From positions 68 to 64,067 of the forward strand of contig JACPSJ010000005.1 of assembly GCA_016193315.1 (NCBI GenBank): a stretch of DNA of 64,000 nucleotides, written 5' to 3'. The notes below the pieces were generated by a model. It was not told the DNA's origin, made no database searches, and saw only the letters and a program-made list of their open reading frames with translations. Of the stretch, positions 61,685-64,000 are shown piece by piece. Positions within the stretch are counted from its first letter, which is position 1. Each line of letters opens with the position of its first letter. Source of the stretch: Candidatus Kerfeldbacteria bacterium. GTDB taxonomy: Bacteria; Patescibacteriota; Patescibacteriia; SBBC01; CAIJZX01. The translations under genes and the position numbers were made by a program.

Positions 61685-63364
61685 ATGTCTCCGCCGTTAC
61701 CCCACGTCGCCCCAGCCGAGGTGGAAGAGGCCTTGGCCGCTCGGATGTCCGAGATCGCGCTGAAGGAAAAAGAGCAGCAGACGCAAGCCCGAGCTAGCGG
61801 CCTGGGGTTAGGGTACATTAACCTGGTTGGCTTCCCGATCGGGCCGGAGACGATCGCGGTCGTCCCCGAAGCTGAAGCCGAACGGCTGCAGGCCGTCTGC
61901 TTCTTAAAAACGACAGCGGAAATCCGCTTGGCCAGCACCAACCCGACGAATCCAGGCGTTCAGGAACTAGGACAGACGCTGGGCGCAAAATATCACGCCA
62001 ACGTCGGACTCTACATGGTGTCCGAACACAGCTTAGAATCAGCGCTCCGTAACTACCGACGGCTGCCAAAAATCACCAAGCGAATTAGCGGCATCGCCTT
62101 GGCTCAGGCGGACGTCGAGCGGTACCGGCAGGAGATTAAGGACTTTCGACACCTGGGGCGATACCTGAAGGACGCCTCGATGACGGACGTCTTCACCATC
62201 CTCCTGGCCGGCGCCATCGAGGCCGAGTCGTCCGACGTCCACATAGAAGCCGCCGACCAAGCCATCCACGTCCGCTATCGGATTGATGGCGTCTTGATCC
62301 CGGTGGCGACGCTCGAATACGCCCTGTGGCCGCGGATTATTTCTCGCATCAAGCTCATCGCCGGACTAAAGCTTAATATCACCAGCGCCCCCCAGGACGG
62401 CCGGATTACCATTTATCTCGAGGACGACAAGATCGACGTCCGCGTCTCCACCCTGCCGACGGCTTTTGGGGAAAGCGTCGTCCTTCGCCTACTCCGCTCT
62501 TCGGCCAGCAACATTCAGTTTAGCGACCTCGGGATGCGCGGGAAGGCGCGGGATGTGTTGCGCCAAGAAATTGAGCGCCCGAACGGAATGATCATCGTCA
62601 CCGGGCCAACGGGTTCGGGGAAAACAACGACGCTGTACGCCGTCCTCAATCAGCTGAACAAGCCAGACACCAAGATTATCACCCTCGAAGACCCAATCGA
62701 GTACAAACTCGAGGGCATCAACCAGAGCCAGGTCGACTGGGCCAAGGGGTACACCTTTGCCAAAGGACTGCGCTCGATTCTCCGCCAAGACCCGGACATC
62801 ATCATGGTCGGAGAGATTCGCGATCTCGATACGGCCGAAACATCAATTCAGGCGGCCCTCACTGGGCACCTGGTCCTGTCGACCGTGCACACGAATGACG
62901 CGGCTGGCGCCATACCACGCTTCCTGGCCATGGGTGCAAAAACTTTCCTCCTCGCCCCAGCCCTCAACACCGTCGTCGCTCAACGGCTGGTCCGACGCGT
63001 GTGCGATCGGTGCCAGCGCGAAGATGAGCTCGATGCCCGGATGAACGAACAGGTAAAAATAACCCTGGCGGCCATTCCGAAATCATCTGGTTACGCCGTC
63101 GATCCAGGGCGACCACTCCGGTTTGTCCGTGGTGGCGGTTGTGACAACTGCCATGGTCTTGGATACCGGGGCCGGATCGGGATCTTCGAAGTCCTGGTCG
63201 TCAACGACGAAATCGAAAAGATTATTCTCGAAGGCAAGGTCAGCGAATACGCCATGCGCGCCGCCGCCAGCCGTCAGGGCATGATCACCATGGTTCAGGA
63301 CGGGTTGCTGAAGGCCCTGGACGGGATTACCACTGTCGAGGAAGTCTTCCGGGTGGCGCAATAA
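61685..63364 (+). CDS. type II/IV secretion system ATPase (GspE/PilB family)
   Basis: VTGPTGSGKTTTLYAVL Walker A, EDPIEY, tetracysteine motif. Confidence 0.85.
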   Translation: MSPPLPHVAPAEVEEALAARMSEIALKEKEQQTQARASGLGLGYINLVGFPIGPETIAVVPEAEAERLQAVCFLKTTAEIRLASTNPTNPGVQELGQTLGAKYHANVGLYMVSEHSLESALRNYRRLPKITKRISGIALAQADVERYRQEIKDFRHLGRYLKDASMTDVFTILLAGAIEAESSDVHIEAADQAIHVRYRIDGVLIPVATLEYALWPRIISRIKLIAGLKLNITSAPQDGRITIYLEDDKIDVRVSTLPTAFGESVVLRLLRSSASNIQFSDLGMRGKARDVLRQEIERPNGMIIVTGPTGSGKTTTLYAVLNQLNKPDTKIITLEDPIEYKLEGINQSQVDWAKGYTFAKGLRSILRQDPDIIMVGEIRDLDTAETSIQAALTGHLVLSTVHTNDAAGAIPRFLAMGAKTFLLAPALNTVVAQRLVRRVCDRCQREDELDARMNEQVKITLAAIPKSSGYAVDPGRPLRFVRGGGCDNCHGLGYRGRIGIFEVLVVNDEIEKIILEGKVSEYAMRAAASRQGMITMVQDGLLKALDGITTVEEVFRVAQ

Positions 63365-63376
63365 AAAAGGACGCCG

Positions 63377-63817
63377 CTAACCTGCGGCGCTCCAAGGATC
63401 GTGGCCTCCGTGCGGAATTCCAACCTGGTAAGGATTTGGGGGCAGGAATTCAGCGAACGCAGTCAGGGCTTCATCTGGGCAACGCGTCGTTCGGGTGAAC
63501 GAGACCAGCGGTCGACCGACGTTGCGGAACTCGGTCACCAGGGCCTCGAACTCGAAACACCCATTTGGGCGGCCATCGGTCTGCATGATCGCGAGACGAA
63601 AGAAACGATGTCGATGAGGATCGATTTCTTCTGCCTCGGAGATCTGTCCGACGACATCAGACAACTCGTCATTGATTGGCAGCCGCATGTCGTCGGACAT
63701 CGAAACGAACGTCACTAGACCGACGACGCCCTCCAACATTGGGTGCGGCTCCAGCCGCTGAATGTGGTAAGGTAGACGAATTTTCTTCCCGCGATAGCGA
63801 AAGAGCAATTGATTCAT
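63377..63817 (-). CDS. hypothetical protein
   Basis: ORF; start at MNQLLFRY assumed. Confidence 0.4.
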   Translation of the reverse strand: MNQLLFRYRGKKIRLPYHIQRLEPHPMLEGVVGLVTFVSMSDDMRLPINDELSDVVGQISEAEEIDPHRHRFFRLAIMQTDGRPNGCFEFEALVTEFRNVGRPLVSFTRTTRCPDEALTAFAEFLPPNPYQVGIPHGGHDPWSAAG

Positions 63818-64000
63818 GACTCCTCCCGGCGTCAGAAGCACGTCGCACGTTCACTGGTAGTCTACCAAAATCTACGGGAACCCAAAAGCACGAGGCCGGA
63901 CTATTTACTGCGTCAGCCGCTACCAGAGAGCTATTCTGAGCCACTCACGCCCTACGCCGCTGCGAGGCGAACACGCGCCAGCCGCTCGACGATGGCTTGA

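Overview
GC-rich (~58-60%) bacterial chromosome segment that spans the replication-origin neighbourhood: rpmH-rnpA-yidD-yidC on the + strand, dnaA-dnaN-DUF721 on the - strand, and a perfect DnaA box at 58187-58195. The TrbC/VirB2-like pilins, stacked GT-C membrane proteins, small overlapping genes and weak RBSs suggest a Patescibacteria/CPR-like organism; this is an inference from gene content, not from any search.

Most of the window is core or envelope genes:
- Housekeeping genes: clpB behind a perfect CIRCE operator, CCA-adding enzyme, galU, yebC-ruvC, tyrS, PBP1A, tsaE, nrnA-like DHH phosphoesterase, gspE/pilB ATPase.
- Alpha-glucan island: two glgA, two GH57 hydrolases, galT, two APH-fold kinases.
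- Envelope block: five stacked GT-C-like membrane proteins, a GT39/PMT-like protein, a DUF2079 protein and four TrbC/VirB2-like pilin genes.

The stand-out feature is at the left end (about 455-6371), an integron-type platform. A tyrosine recombinase with clear IntI-like N- and C-terminal blocks is only 282 aa and appears to lack the roughly 40-aa IntI-specific insertion. It is transcribed away from an array of at least six attC-like imperfect palindromes plus one remnant. The 3' core 7-mer of each site is the exact reverse complement of the 5' inverse-core 7-mer of the next site, which is the footprint of G|TT crossover. Between sites sit 1-2 small ORFs, including a GNAT acetyltransferase and several AT-rich ORFans. 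A tRNA-Ser(CGA) lies directly behind the recombinase.

A second accessory region (12255-14530) holds a retron-type reverse transcriptase (NVRRH, YLDD and a VTG-like motif) with no recognisable effector. Upstream of it is a 1.1-kb non-coding stretch containing four copies of a covarying hairpin motif, xxACGAC(A/G)A(A/T)GATCGTxx.

Other notable items:
- Promoter/terminator-bracketed candidate ncRNA downstream of clpB.
- MITE-like element with perfect 17-bp terminal inverted repeats and TA flanks.
- Twin 13/14-bp long-range inverted repeats upstream of a consensus sigma70 promoter driving the pilin genes.
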